A stretch of DNA of 63,768 bases, filler included, from Saprolegnia diclina VS20 (GCF_000281045.1; 8 parts of 4 records of this genome joined end to end with filler, not necessarily neighbours in it); one strand, 5' to 3'; numbered from the whole stretch's first letter, positions 49,695-61,445 are shown. The notes: generated by a model not told the origin, from the letters alone. A program made the numbers and translations.

Positions 49695-49949
49695 GAGCCG
49701 TGCGAGATTAACTGCCGCCATTTGATCCGAGAGGTTCTCGCGCATTTCGCTCGCAATCGCGCTGTCATCCACGGGAACTTGCCATGCCATGATCTTGACG
49801 GCGCTCTGCCACGTCGGGCAGTTGAAGCGCTCGCCGGACGGGATGAGCAGCGTCGAGCGGTACACGAGGGCCGGGTGCGGCATGGGCACGTACGTAAAGA
49901 CAACGACAAAGATGTCGTGGTGCGTGTCGTTGCGGATCTTGATGCCCAT
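49695..49949 (-). CDS. 'MGIKIRNDT' orphan family gene, 5' part
   Basis: MGIKIRNDTHHDIFVVVFTYVPMPHPALVYRSTLLIPSGERFNCPTWQS; upstream CTCATTTCTGAATTCGC INR/FPR-like motif. Confidence 0.75.
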
Positions 49950-52273
49950 GGTTGTTGTTGTTGCTCCTGCTGTGGTGGCGAATTCAGAAATGAGTTTGAC
50001 GACGTAGGCGCCGACGATGTTCAAGGATCTCGACGCAGTGGATGCGCCTTCTCGCACACGCGTCGGTTGAGGAAGAGTCTCGATGATAGAGAGGTGAGGT
50101 GGAGTAGCCCATGAATCCGTCGCACTTGGTGGTTTGTTGACCGTTATTTAATGTTGTTCAACTTTCAAGTAACACCAGATTTTACGATTCGAGAGGCTCC
50201 CAAACAACGCACCTTTGTCTGGGTATTATGATCCCTGTCCGGCACAGGATGACTACAACACTAAGGCACACAAGAAGTTGTATATACAGTAGCGGTCACA
50301 GACAACTGTTTAGCTCCTGCACCTGCATCAGTGTCAGCTTATAGTACGAGACAGCGACATCGTCATTGCTACGCTCCAGATCTCGAGACCAATGACTGGA
50401 TTCTTGTCCTGATATATTCACATTATTCTTGTCCTGATAAATTCGCGTTATCATGCTTGGGAAAAGATGCTCCTGGTACACTTTAGCATCGCCGTAGACC
50501 GACCAGTGACTCAGAAAACATGTGTTTTTGACCAACGAGCACGTGCAGCGAACGAGCGCAGCTGATCGCAATGCCTCATTTTTGCTTGCTATCCAATTCC
50601 AAATTCAGTGCGTCCGAGACAACGATCACCCAACTGGCTAGCGATGGCCGAGACCAGTGCAAGCTCCTCCTACTTCGAGTGTTAGTAGTTTCAGTGTCCG
50701 AGGCCGCAAGCGTTTTCCCTGTACTGATTCACCATTGTCCTGGCCATTGGCATTTTATCGCCATGGCTGTTGCAGATGTGTTGTTGCCGATTCAAAATGC
50801 ACTGGTTTTGAGAAATCCGCCAAGCGGTGGATTGGATTCTGGAACATGACCCCGCAGAAACAGTTTTCCATTGAAACCGCAAAGTACTTCGCCCTGACAG
50901 GAGTCCACGTGTCCCATCACTAGCATTGTCATGTTCATCGTACTACATTGGTGAGCGTCTAAACTACGAATACGGAATCTAATCTGCGCCCAACACCCAC
51001 ATGTCACTGGTGAATAAAATTATGACATAATAAAAAGGGGATCGTGGATACGGCGGGAAATTATAAAGGAAGCGCGCCTCGCTGGCGTGGGACGATGTCT
51101 CGAGCGATTCCATCGAAAACCGTTGAACCAAGGCGGACATTGGGGTAGTTTACAGCGCTATGGTAGTTCCCGAGGTTGTATAAGCCTTGGGTGAAGACTC
51201 GATCGACGACTTTCTCCGCGGCAACGATAACAGTGCGTGGGATATCCTCCTTTGAGACCTCGACGTCACAACCGTCGACACGGGAATCTTTTAGTTTTGA
51301 ATTAAACTGCACAATAAAAGTATGCATGGCTTTTGTAAATAAATATGAGCCTCGGAGGCGTGTTTTACGACATTTTGACCTCCGCACCTACTAGTACCCA
51401 TCGTACTTTGGACGCTCACTACTGTAGTACGCTCTAGGATTGACCGCAGGTAGTAGTGGCATAAGGGGCCTGGACGACGACATTGCCGCACTCCAATCGA
51501 AAAATCTCTGCACTTGGTCGATATTGCAAGATGGCTGGCCGCTGCTTCGCCGCCAGAGAGATGGAGGACATGCACGGTTGCGCTCGTTCGCTGCCCGTGC
51601 TCGTTGGTCAAAAACACATGTTTTGCGAACCACCGGTCCGTCTACTGTCAGGCTGGCAGTAGCATAGAATGTATCGTCTTCCTTTGCAATGCAACCGCAA
51701 AACCGTGCATTCATCGAGACAAGATGCCAGTCACCGTTCTTAAGATCTCTAGCCCCACTCCGACGGTGTCGATACTGCGATAAGGTAGATACTGTGGCTG
51801 GTGCACAACCACATACAACAATTCTGCCACCGCTCACAACTCCTTTCAACAACAATCCTGACATTGCTCTGCTTGGAGCCGTTTGTGAGGTCAGTGTCGG
51901 GCAAGAGTATGGTACAAACGTTGGATATTTTGTGCAACTCGATCCTCCTTTTTAGGGAATCTGTGGTGCACATTGACACTGGGCAGTCGGTTCACGAGGC
52001 ACTGACTGCTCCAAGTAGGCAGCGTCACTGGAAGCTGTTGAAACAAATGTTGCTTGGCGCTTGGTGGTTTTGTGAATATCACACCAAGGTCCACAAACCG
52101 TCAAGTGCGCCGGATTCATGAGGCTGCATTACTGCGTCTCGCCTATCATCATTGGGACACTTCCTCAACCGCCGCGAGAAGGCACATCCTCTGCGCCCAA
52201 TTCTTTGAACTTGGTCTGCGCCCACATTGCCCAACCTCATTTCCGAACTCGCGAACCACCACCACCAGTAGCC

Positions 52274-52660
52274 ATGGGCATCAAGATCCGCAACGACACG
52301 CAGCACGACGTCCTCGTGCTCGTCTTTACGTATTTCACGACGCCGCTCCCGACGCTGTACTACCGCAAGACGCTGCTCATTCCGGCCGGCGAGCGCTTTA
52401 ACTGTCCGACGTGGCAGAGCGCGGTCAAGATCTACGCGTGGGAAGCCGACAGCAGCAACGGCCGCCAAATCAAGACGTTCCTTGAGAAGCGTTTTGGCAA
52501 GATCACGGCGGCACGCCTTGCCTTGGCGCCGATTGGCGGCGACCTGCTCGAAGCCGCGGGCGCGGCCGTCGAGCTTGTCGGCGAGGCCATTTTGGACATG
52601 CTCATCCACTCGATTCTCGAGGACGCGATCGAGTTCATCTCGGACAAGGTCATGGACAAG
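52274..52660 (+). CDS. 'MGIKIRNDT' orphan family gene, 5' part
   Basis: MGIKIRNDTQHDVLVLVFTYFTTPLPTLYYRKTLLIPAGERFNCPTWQS; upstream CTCATTTCCGAACTCGC. Confidence 0.78.
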
Positions 52661-53681
52661 NNNNNNNNNNNNNNNNNNNNNNNNNNNNNNNNNNNNNNNN
52701 NNNNNNNNNNNNNNNNNNNNNNNNNNNNNNNNNNNNNNNNNNNNNNNNNNNNNNNNNNNNNNNNNNNNNNNNNNNNNNNNNNNNNNNNNNNNNNNNNNNN
52801 NNNNNNNNNNNNNNNNNNNNNNNNNNNNNNNNNNNNNNNNNNNNNNNNNNNNNNNNNNNNNNNNNNNNNNNNNNNNNNNNNNNNNNNNNNNNNNNNNNNN
52901 NNNNNNNNNNNNNNNNNNNNNNNNNNNNNNNNNNNNNNNNNNNNNNNNNNNNNNNNNNNNNNNNNNNNNNNNNNNNNNNNNNNNNNNNNNNNNNNNNNNN
53001 NNNNNNNNNNNNNNNNNNNNNNNNNNNNNNNNNNNNNNNNNNNNNNNNNNNNNNNNNNNNNNNNNNNNNNNNNNNNNNNNNNNNNNNNNNNNNNNNNNNN
53101 NNNNNNNNNNNNNNNNNNNNNNNNNNNNNNNNNNNNNNNNNNNNNNNNNNNNNNNNNNNNNNNNNNNNNNNNNNNNNNNNNNNNNNNNNNNNNNNNNNNN
53201 NNNNNNNNNNNNNNNNNNNNNNNNNNNNNNNNNNNNNNNNNNNNNNNNNNNNNNNNNNNNNNNNNNNNNNNNNNNNNNNNNNNNNNNNNNNNNNNNNNNN
53301 NNNNNNNNNNNNNNNNNNNNNNNNNNNNNNNNNNNNNNNNNNNNNNNNNNNNNNNNNNNNNNNNNNNNNNNNNNNNNGCTCTCAGGGGCAATCGCTGGCT
53401 CTAGCGTCAGCTTGAAGGCGAAAGACATGCCGGTAACACCAGGGTACAGGTACATGGTCCAAAACTATTATGTACCCATGTGCAATGATATCTGGTACAG
53501 TCACGGGCCATGAGTCATGGCCCATGACTGTTCGTGCCACCTCCAGTGTGCCTGTACTAGTACACTCCCAGAAAAGCCAGAAGTAAATCCACTCGGCGAG
53601 CATGCGATTGGCTCTTTCTCCACCAATCACAATGCTCGGAGCTTCGATCTGCGACGGAAGAACAATATTTGAATTGTCGAT

Positions 53682-54691
53682 ATGACCCCGGCGCCATTGT
53701 GGCACAACTCGGTCGTACGTCTTCTCCTGCTCGGTACGCTGGACGACGGAAGCTCGCTGCGTGGACTGCGAGGCCAAAACGATATTCTCAAGACCATCGT
53801 CGACCATCTCCGAGCGATCTGGCGGGCGCAACTCCGAACTGACCAGCGCGGCTACGTCCCACTTGGCAATGTATTTCTGCCCTTTGACACACCACGCGAC
53901 ACACCGATCCCGCACCGCTCTCAACTCGTTACCTTTCCACCGCCGCTCACGCACATTGTCGATGGCGAGAGGCAGCCTCAGCCCTTCCAGGTCAACATGA
54001 TGCCCTTCATCATTGGCCAAGCCGAGGCGACACTACCGCCCGAGTGCCAGCGCTATGCACCGCTGCTCAACCGCTGTCGCCACCACAACGAGAACGGTCA
54101 AGTAGGATACCTCACGATCCACGAAGGCATCGTCGAGGCCGACACCTCCCAACGTCGCCCGGGACTCCACGTCGAAGCGCCGTCCGCTGCCAAGCTCCAG
54201 CGCTTTCTGGGCGCTGGCGAAGCGCACCACGAGTGGGCTGAGATTCGCTGGGGACGTGGCTGGGTTGTATACCACCAACTCCAAGGTGGTATCTATATGG
54301 CTTCCACGGTTGCCAAGTCTTGCGGGGTACGTTCATCCTTAGGGTAAGGTTACGAATGTGTCTATTCGACTAGGTCTGGAACACGGTCGTTGCGGACGAG
54401 AACGATATTGTCGGTGCTCATGGGGACACGGACGTGCTCCACGGTGTCTTGGACCCCGACCGTGATGGGTACTACGAGCCGCAAGCCAACGAGCTGTACT
54501 GGATCACGGACCGGACGCCACACGAGTCCCTTCCGGTGGCCACGACGCAATTTCGGCAGTATTTCCGCTTCGTCACGAGCAACGTCTCGCACTGGTTTGC
54601 AGAGCACTCGACGCCCAACCCACTGGGCATTCAGCCCACAGCCACGATCGTCTACGGCAACAAGTTTACGGGCAACCTGAGGACCGAGTAG
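53682..54691 (+). CDS. 'MTPAPLWHNS' family copy 4, complete (320 aa, one intron 54327-54373); putative 2OG-Fe(II)/cupin-like oxygenase
   Basis: Exons 53682-54326 and 54374-54691 join in frame over a GT..AG intron. Motifs RRPGLHVE, GGIYMAS, LYWITDRTPHESLP, RQYFRFV. The function is inference. Confidence 0.8.
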
Positions 54692-54851
54692 TGGCGGTGC
54701 AGTGGTCATTGCTCGTGCAACTGTAGTCACGCATTTAAAACGCTTTACATGAACCAAGTTCAATTCACGTGCGATGCAACCCCAGTCGCCGCGTTGTCGA
54801 TGCCAAAAATCCGTTGTGTCCAATGACCGACAGGCGCAAAATAAAAATGTT

Positions 54852-54924
54852 TGGTCTTACCCGGACTTGAACCGGGGACCTTCTCCACGTCAAGGAGACG
54901 TGATAACCGCTACACTATAAGACC
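54852..54924 (-). tRNA. tRNA-Val(GAC), second identical copy
   Basis: Identical 73 nt to 46562-46634 while the flanks show substitutions; followed by a T-run. Confidence 0.95.
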
Positions 54925-55727
54925 AGCTTCATGACTGTAAATGAAATGTTAGTATATGCTCAATGTATTGTTGAGTACTGATAAAATTTATCAATATTTA
55001 AAGGCCCCGAGTGCACGGAATACACTTGGGATGTGTCCTTGCACAGGGCCTTTCCTGTCACTTCCACGCTCCCCAAACAAAAAGGGGTCGATCAAACGAG
55101 CAAGTCGTTGTACAGGCTAGAACGTTGTTGATGTATGCTTCCGTGCTGTACTCGAAATGCTGACCAAACCAGTCGAGACCAAGCTTGCACAGCAGGGTCG
55201 CCGAGCAGCGACGTCGCAGTCAACCCAAAAAGCGTCCAGTGAGCGTGAGGACCCTCGTGCATCCCACATCGCGATGGCTTCACTCATACGCAGACTACAA
55301 GCCGCCACTTCTGGCACTGCAAATGTTTCAGTTTTGCGGCGTTGGGGCACTGTCCGCAAAAGCGCTCTCGCAACAACGAATTCGGTCTCAGTAGCCGTAC
55401 ACTTGATATATCGCTACGTCCGGATAAACATTATTATCTGGAACTATCAAACTATCCGATCTGCAGGTACATGCAGCATGTTCACTCAGACGCAGGACGA
55501 AGTTGCCATTCCTGTTATATAAAAATTCAAGTACTGCGGCGTTGAGGGACTACCTCATCGTGAGGACCCGCAACAACCGATTCAGTCACAGAACCCCGAC
55601 CTTCGACACATTGATACTTCCGGATATACTTGTCCGTAAATTATCAGCGTATCGGGTTATGGCTGCGCAGATTGCAGGCTTTCCATCGCTCACTTCTCAA
55701 TTTCTTCACCAAGCAACAAGTACTACG

Positions 55728-56312
55728 ATGGGCATCAAGCTCCGCAACGACACCAACAGCGACATCATAGCCATTGTCTTTACGTACCTCTTTGTGCCGC
55801 ACCCGGCGCTCGTGTATCGCACAACACTTGTCGTGCACCCTGGCGAGCGCATTTACTGTCCTACGTGGCAGAGCATGGTCGAGATCGTCATGTGGGAAAC
55901 GACGCTCCGAAACCGGACACTTGTACACCATGTGCGCCAAAAGATCTCGGACAAAATGGCCGCAATCAATATGGGGCGGCTCGCGTTCTCCGTGTTCGGC
56001 ACAGAATATCTCGTGAGCGCCGCCGAGACGGTCGCCGATATGCTGCTCGACGGCGTCATGGACAAGGTCATCCACAACATTCTTGAGGCTGCAATCGACC
56101 TTGTCATTGGCGAGTTGGCTGCGACGGTGGACGGTGCACTTGCGGCGCGGGAAAACGCGGCGCTTCGCCACGCCCGCGCAGAGACCCGTGGGACAAGGTT
56201 CACATGGAAGACGATTCGCTTTACGATGGATTTGCTTGTCGAGCAGCGTCAATTCAAGATCGAGCGCGATGCCACCAATAGACTTGCTGTCGATGACGCG
56301 GGCTTTTCGTAG
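55728..56312 (+). CDS. 'MGIKLRNDT' orphan family protein, complete (194 aa)
   Basis: Intronless ORF with coding-like codon use; four other partial copies in the window. Confidence 0.8.
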   Translation: MGIKLRNDTNSDIIAIVFTYLFVPHPALVYRTTLVVHPGERIYCPTWQSMVEIVMWETTLRNRTLVHHVRQKISDKMAAINMGRLAFSVFGTEYLVSAAETVADMLLDGVMDKVIHNILEAAIDLVIGELAATVDGALAARENAALRHARAETRGTRFTWKTIRFTMDLLVEQRQFKIERDATNRLAVDDAGFS

Positions 56313-56426
56313 TTCCAATGCCATAGTCATTCATTTATAACGCACGCATCATTTTTTCATAGCATATATGTGTTAGCAAGGTAGTATGGACCGCCGTCAC
56401 GCTATACTGCAAAGCGAATTGTTGGC

Positions 56427-56858
56427 TTAGGCGTTGTAGCCAAGCAAGACGTCCTTGGGGCTGCAGTCGCACGAGCCCGGCGTGTACGATTCCGTGTGCG
56501 TCGCAACCTGCGCGAGGACACAGGTTGGGCACAAGCACGCACAGCAAATGTCCTCGCAGCAGCTGCCGGGGATCTGGAAGCGGTCGCGGACTTCACCGCG
56601 GATGCAGAGAATGGGGAGGCCAAGGCACAGCGTGAAGAGGCAGCACGAGCTCCAGAAGGACCCGTTCAAGCGGTGGCGCGTCTGCGCGTACGAGATGCAC
56701 GGACAGCACCACGCCATCAAACAGTTGGGGACGCACGCATCAAAGCACGCAAAGATCCCCGCCTTCCACTGACCAATGAGGATGCCGTTCTGGTCGACGT
56801 TCTCACCTTGGCTGGTGGCATACTTGCCGTTTTCAAGCTCGTACGGGGTGGTGTTCAT
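56427..56858 (-). CDS. PLAC8/Cys-rich family protein
   Basis: GQWKAGIFACF...WCCPCISYAQ...IPGSCCEDICCACLCPTCVLAQ; paralogue of 43356-43799. Confidence 0.9.
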   Translation of the reverse strand: MNTTPYELENGKYATSQGENVDQNGILIGQWKAGIFACFDACVPNCLMAWCCPCISYAQTRHRLNGSFWSSCCLFTLCLGLPILCIRGEVRDRFQIPGSCCEDICCACLCPTCVLAQVATHTESYTPGSCDCSPKDVLLGYNA

Positions 56859-57504
56859 GTTTTGAGAGGGCGTTGAAAGCTCGAGAGAAAAGCAATTGTG
56901 TGTGGCTCGATGAAGCGCACTGGAGTTAGCCGAGAGATGAACCAATAAAAATCCAGTCAACGAGACACGATCAATGAAACTCGTGTTGGAATAGCATAGC
57001 AGATGTCCATTCGTAGCGCAAACATGGTTCTTTTTCATACGTTAGCCAGCACCAAAGTTTGCACTACTAGTAGAATAGACTGTCAAAGAGTCAGAAGTGT
57101 CAACTGAGATTGTTAGCAAAAGTCTAGGTAATATATACCAAAAGCGCTGAAGAACTGACAACACCGTTGCACAGATCAAGAGAACGAGCGTTGCAACTCA
57201 TTTTCGCTAACCGTTAGCACAACAATCAATGCAAAGACAACTCCAAGTGACAAGTTATGCGAGGAGAACTACTCGCGTGTCGACAACAACCGCCTACAAC
57301 GTCCTGTCGCAGCAAGCTATGACCATTCGTTATCTCCAACGAGCGAACCAAGTCAATGTCAGCGGCGTAGTACGCGTTGAGCAGTAGCATCACTGGACAC
57401 AGCGATCGGTCGATCCCCGCTCAATCACCCCCAGCAACCAACAAAGTAGTGTGCACAGTCTTTGTATTTACATTCAGTTATGACGCAGTCACCGATTGGA
57501 GCGA

Positions 57505-58542
57505 TCAACCAAAGCGCTTGGTGGGCACGCACTGCGAGTACCACTCGTCCTGCTTGATGCACTCGAGGCCCGTCGCACAGGCCACGTTGCCCGTGTAGTC
57601 CTTGCCACCGCACTGCTCCCACGCCTTCTTGGCGTCCTTGACGTCAATCGGCTTTTGGGTCGGCTTGTCAGTGGGCTTTTGGGTCGGCTTGTCGTTGGGC
57701 TTTTGCGTCGGCTTGTCAGTGGGCTTTTGCGTCGGCTTGTCAGTGGGCTTTTGCGTCGGCTTGTCAGTGGGCTTGTGCGTCGGCTTGTCACTAGGCTTCG
57801 GCGTCGGCTTCTCGCTAGGCTTGGTCGTCGGGTCCGAGTCGTCCGGGTTGTCGTCCGGCGACGGCACGTCCGTGGGCACAGGCGACGCCGTCGGCTTGGG
57901 CTCCGACCCGCACGAGTCGCTAATGTAGATATCGGCGCAGTTCCAAAACTGCTCCTGGCCGTTGATGTCGTCGTCCGGGTTGTTCCAACCGACGTACCAC
58001 CAGCGAAGCACGCAGTGCGAGTCGCCGTCGCACTTGACACCCGACGGGAGGTTGTACTGCATCGAGAACTTTTTGTTGCCGCCCGGCAGCTTCCACTGCG
58101 CGTCGCCGTTGGGCTGCTTGAGCTCTTGGAAGCACTCTTCGGTCTCCTTGTCGTCCTTGCTGTTGAGCTTGCAGAGGCCAAAGGTAAAGTACCCCTTGTG
58201 GTTGGCCGTGATCTGAATGTCAATGTCCATGGTCGCACCCGGCTTGTAGCACGCGCCGACGGCCTTGGCGCCGTACTTGGGGAAGAGACCGTACTTGCCA
58301 CCCGTCTCGTGATGGCGCGCGCCGTTGTACGGGTCGCCGCAGATGCCGTGCTTGCCGCCCTTGGTGCCGCCGATGCCACCACCGCTGAGCCCATCGTCGT
58401 CATAGTCTTCGGGGAAGAAGCTAAACTGCGGAAGGCGGAACATGTGGCCGCGGTGCGGCGGGTGGAGCATGCGGCCGTGGGCCTCGACGGGCGTCGTGGC
58501 GCAAGCGAGGAACGCTGCGAGGAGGGCCGTCGTCTTGAGCAT
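57505..58542 (-). CDS. Secreted lytic polysaccharide monooxygenase (AA15-like) + K/P/T linker + CBM1
   Basis: Signal peptide ending VEA|HGRM (His1), [19 protein letters not shown] (second His), [21 protein letters not shown]1 [11 protein letters not shown]...C...C...WYSQC. Confidence 0.9.
   Translation of the reverse strand: MLKTTALLAAFLACATTPVEAHGRMLHPPHRGHMFRLPQFSFFPEDYDDDGLSGGGIGGTKGGKHGICGDPYNGARHHETGGKYGLFPKYGAKAVGACYKPGATMDIDIQITANHKGYFTFGLCKLNSKDDKETEECFQELKQPNGDAQWKLPGGNKKFSMQYNLPSGVKCDGDSHCVLRWWYVGWNNPDDDINGQEQFWNCADIYISDSCGSEPKPTASPVPTDVPSPDDNPDDSDPTTKPSEKPTPKPSDKPTHKPTDKPTQKPTDKPTQKPTDKPTQKPNDKPTQKPTDKPTQKPIDVKDAKKAWEQCGGKDYTGNVACATGLECIKQDEWYSQCVPTKRFG
57650..57820 (-). repeat. 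Coding 24-bp tandem repeat (KPTDKPTQ)n linker
   Basis: GGCTTTTGCGTCGGCTTGTCAGTG unit repeated about 6 times. Confidence 0.9.
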
Positions 58543-58544
58543 CG

Positions 58545-58568
58545 TGCTGGAAATTGGAAAATGAACAA
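58545..58568 (-). promoter_or_regulatory. Oomycete INR/FPR-like core promoter of the left LPMO (counterpart near 59661-59679 for the right LPMO)
   Basis: GTTCATTTTCCAATTTCC just upstream of ATG; ACTCATTCTATCTTTTGCC before the other LPMO. Both fit YCATTY-NNN-WTTY. Confidence 0.6.
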
Positions 58569-59694
58569 GTTGGCACTTGGCGCGACTCTTGAGCCGGAAC
58601 GCGATGCTGTCGTGCAGATCCAAAGTTCAGAGTCGGACGATTCGTGTTCCAGTTTGTACCACTGTTTGCATCGAACACATCTGGCGCCATGTCCTAGGGT
58701 CTGACTGGATCTGGCGCCGCGCCACATTGCACTTTCAGATTGCACTTGCAGATCGGCGCCGTAATGCCAGCCAGAGCACTGCAAGACACATATTAGGGTA
58801 CGAGGTCGAGTGAGTAATGTGAGCTGCCGATCCAAAACGTCGCACACACCGCGGTGGTCGCTCGCGCATTCGAACGTGCAGCGTTCGGAGGACGTGCGCA
58901 TCTATGCAGTGGGGCGTCGCATCGAACCTGCCGCGTGGATGCGCTTGGTACATTGTATTTGTTATCTGTGTCTGCCCTCTTCTTCATCCTTCAGTGAGTC
59001 GGCGCCGTGTTCGTGCTTGTTCTTGCATCCTGGGTGCATGTAAAATCGACCATTTGTCAATGGACTATGCATTTCCTTGAATCTAATTTGTTGAAAGCGA
59101 TTTTTACTTGGGCAGTAAGAGATAGCGGACAGTGATCTCTCGCAATACTAGAACGATTCGCTGTTGACCGACGCAGCGCTATCGCGCGAGCAACGATATC
59201 CCATCCAAGGAGCCATGCAACATAATACGATAGTGAATCCCCTCGTCACACGCCGTCTCAGGTTGCACTTGGTCGTGGTCTCCTCGAGGAAGAAAGATCT
59301 CGTTCAGCAGACTGTTCCGACGGCGGCCTTTCTACGGTGCGTTACCGCCGCCTTGATCTTCTGTGAGCGTTGACATGGCCACGCTCCACGCTCGTGCACA
59401 CGGTGATTGGGAGTTGATTGCCTCTGGTTTTCGATAATTCGTCTGTGTTCTCATAATATGCCGCTGTCATATAGCTAAATACCAGAGGCACAGGTAGAGT
59501 GTATCTATCACAGAGAGACAGACGGACGACCAAGAGGTGGGACGTCCGCACCATGTGAAATGCCAGCGCATCACATGCGTGCCAGATGTGGTTCGAATTG
59601 CAGCGATCGATTCTCAGCCCACGTCAAGATCCAGACGACACCAAAACTCGGCGTTGCTCAACTCATTCTATCTTTTGCCTACACCACCACAACT

Positions 59695-60612
59695 ATGAAG
59701 GTCTTCGCCACCGCTGCCGTGCTCGCCGCCACCATCTCGCAAACCGAGGCCCACGGGCGCATGGTGATGCCGCCCCACCGCGGCTACATCGGCCGCCTCC
59801 CCGCGTTCAAGGACATCCCGATCAACTACAGCGACAACGGCCTCAACGCCGGCGGCATTGGCGGCACCAAGGGCGGCAAGCACGGTGTCTGCGGCGACCC
59901 GTACAACGGCGCGCGCGACCACGAGACGGGCGGCATGTACGGTCTCTTTCCCAAGCTCGGCGCCAAGGCCGTCGGCGCGTGCTACAAGCCGGGCCAGACG
60001 CTGGACCTCAACATCCAAATCACGGCCAACCACAAGGGTTTCTTTGAGTTTGGCATTTGCAAGCTCAACGGCAAGGACGACAAGGAGACCGAAGAGTGCT
60101 TCCAGACGCTGACACAGCCCAACGGCGAGAAGCAGTGGCCGCTCCCGGCTGGCAACGACTTTTTCAAGATGCAGTACAACTTGCCCAAGGATCTCAAGTG
60201 CGACGGCGACTCGCACTGCGTGCTTCGCTGGTGGTACGCCGGCGGCAACAACCCGGGCGTCGGCCTCGAGGGCCAGGAGCAGTTTTGGAACTGCGCCGAT
60301 ATTTACATTAGCGACTCGTGCGGCTCTGACCCGAAGCCGTCGCCGAGCAGCCAGAGCCCGACGCCGGCGCCGAGCAGCAACAAGCCGTCACCGAGCAGCG
60401 ACAAGCCGACGCCGACCGACAAGCCCTCGGCCAAGCCGTCCAGCAAGCCGTCGACCAAGCCCACGAGCGCGCCCTCGGGCAACGCCAAGAAGCAGTGGGA
60501 ACAGTGCGGCGGCAAGGGCTACACGGGTGCGACGTCGTGCCAGGACGGTCTCGACTGCTTGAAGCAGGACGAGTGGTACTCGCAGTGCGTGCCGGCCGTC
60601 CGCTTTGGCTAA
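59695..60612 (+). CDS. Secreted LPMO (AA15-like) + S/P/K linker + CBM1
   Basis: [55 protein letters not shown]...WYSQC. Confidence 0.9.
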   Translation: MKVFATAAVLAATISQTEAHGRMVMPPHRGYIGRLPAFKDIPINYSDNGLNAGGIGGTKGGKHGVCGDPYNGARDHETGGMYGLFPKLGAKAVGACYKPGQTLDLNIQITANHKGFFEFGICKLNGKDDKETEECFQTLTQPNGEKQWPLPAGNDFFKMQYNLPKDLKCDGDSHCVLRWWYAGGNNPGVGLEGQEQFWNCADIYISDSCGSDPKPSPSSQSPTPAPSSNKPSPSSDKPTPTDKPSAKPSSKPSTKPTSAPSGNAKKQWEQCGGKGYTGATSCQDGLDCLKQDEWYSQCVPAVRFG

Positions 60613-61217
60613 ACTGTGCGCTATGTGTGTTTACACTGTCTCATCTACCAATGAACTGTTGTCGTATATAATCTGCGGTGTTTGAGGTGGGCTTTGACTC
60701 GGTGATGGTGGCCAATAGAGTACGTGGCACATTGGCGCTTGGCATGCACGGCGTCGCGTTGGGTTATCTGCAACTGTGAAGCATGGACTGTAAAGGGATG
60801 AAAGCCAGCCATCTGCGTAGAAAAAGAAGGGATGACATTCGGTGTTCGATTATGCGTCGTTTTGGCTGCCACCCGTGAGTCTGTGAGTTGACCAAGGGAT
60901 CCATCCGAGACGATCGTAAGCCTGGATGTTGGTGTTCATCGAACTTGCACTTGGCAATGTCACCACGCCCCCAGCCGTGCTGCTTGGTGTCCAAGGTTAA
61001 TGTTGCTCCCTGTGTAGTCGTGGCTTGTCGTGTTCGCATCGGTCAGCAGAGTACAAGCGAGCTCGTGCCGCAATGGTCAATTTCTGCCGCGTGGAGTGCG
61101 CGAATGGCCTGCACGCAGCGAACCACAGACTCGTGCGTCTGCCAAGCATACCCAAAGAATAAGCGCCAAAAGCCAAGCCGCCACGTTGCCATTATGAGAT
61201 GATATCTGACAAGTTGT

Positions 61218-61445
61218 CTACCGTATGTGCGCTCGAACGGCCTCGGCAATCGCGGCGTCAATCCACGCCACGACCTCTTGCGTCGACTCGCCTCCGTTGG
61301 TGCGGAGCTTGGCGAGTTCTTCCTCCACCTCTTGGTCATATTTGTCCATTTTTCTTTGATCGGCGGCGGACGGCGGTGTCGCCCGGGGTCGCGGGCGCGG
61401 TTTGTGGGTGCCGTACATGTCGGTGATCTTGAGGTGGTACTTGGT
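61218..61445 (-). CDS. Possible C-terminus of an unknown gene
   Basis: Frame open from the gap to a stop (…KMDKYDQEVEEELAKLR…AHIR*), with coding-like composition. Confidence 0.4.
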   Translation of the reverse strand, partial: TKYHLKITDMYGTHKPRPRPRATPPSAADQRKMDKYDQEVEEELAKLRTNGGESTQEVVAWIDAAIAEAVRAHIR

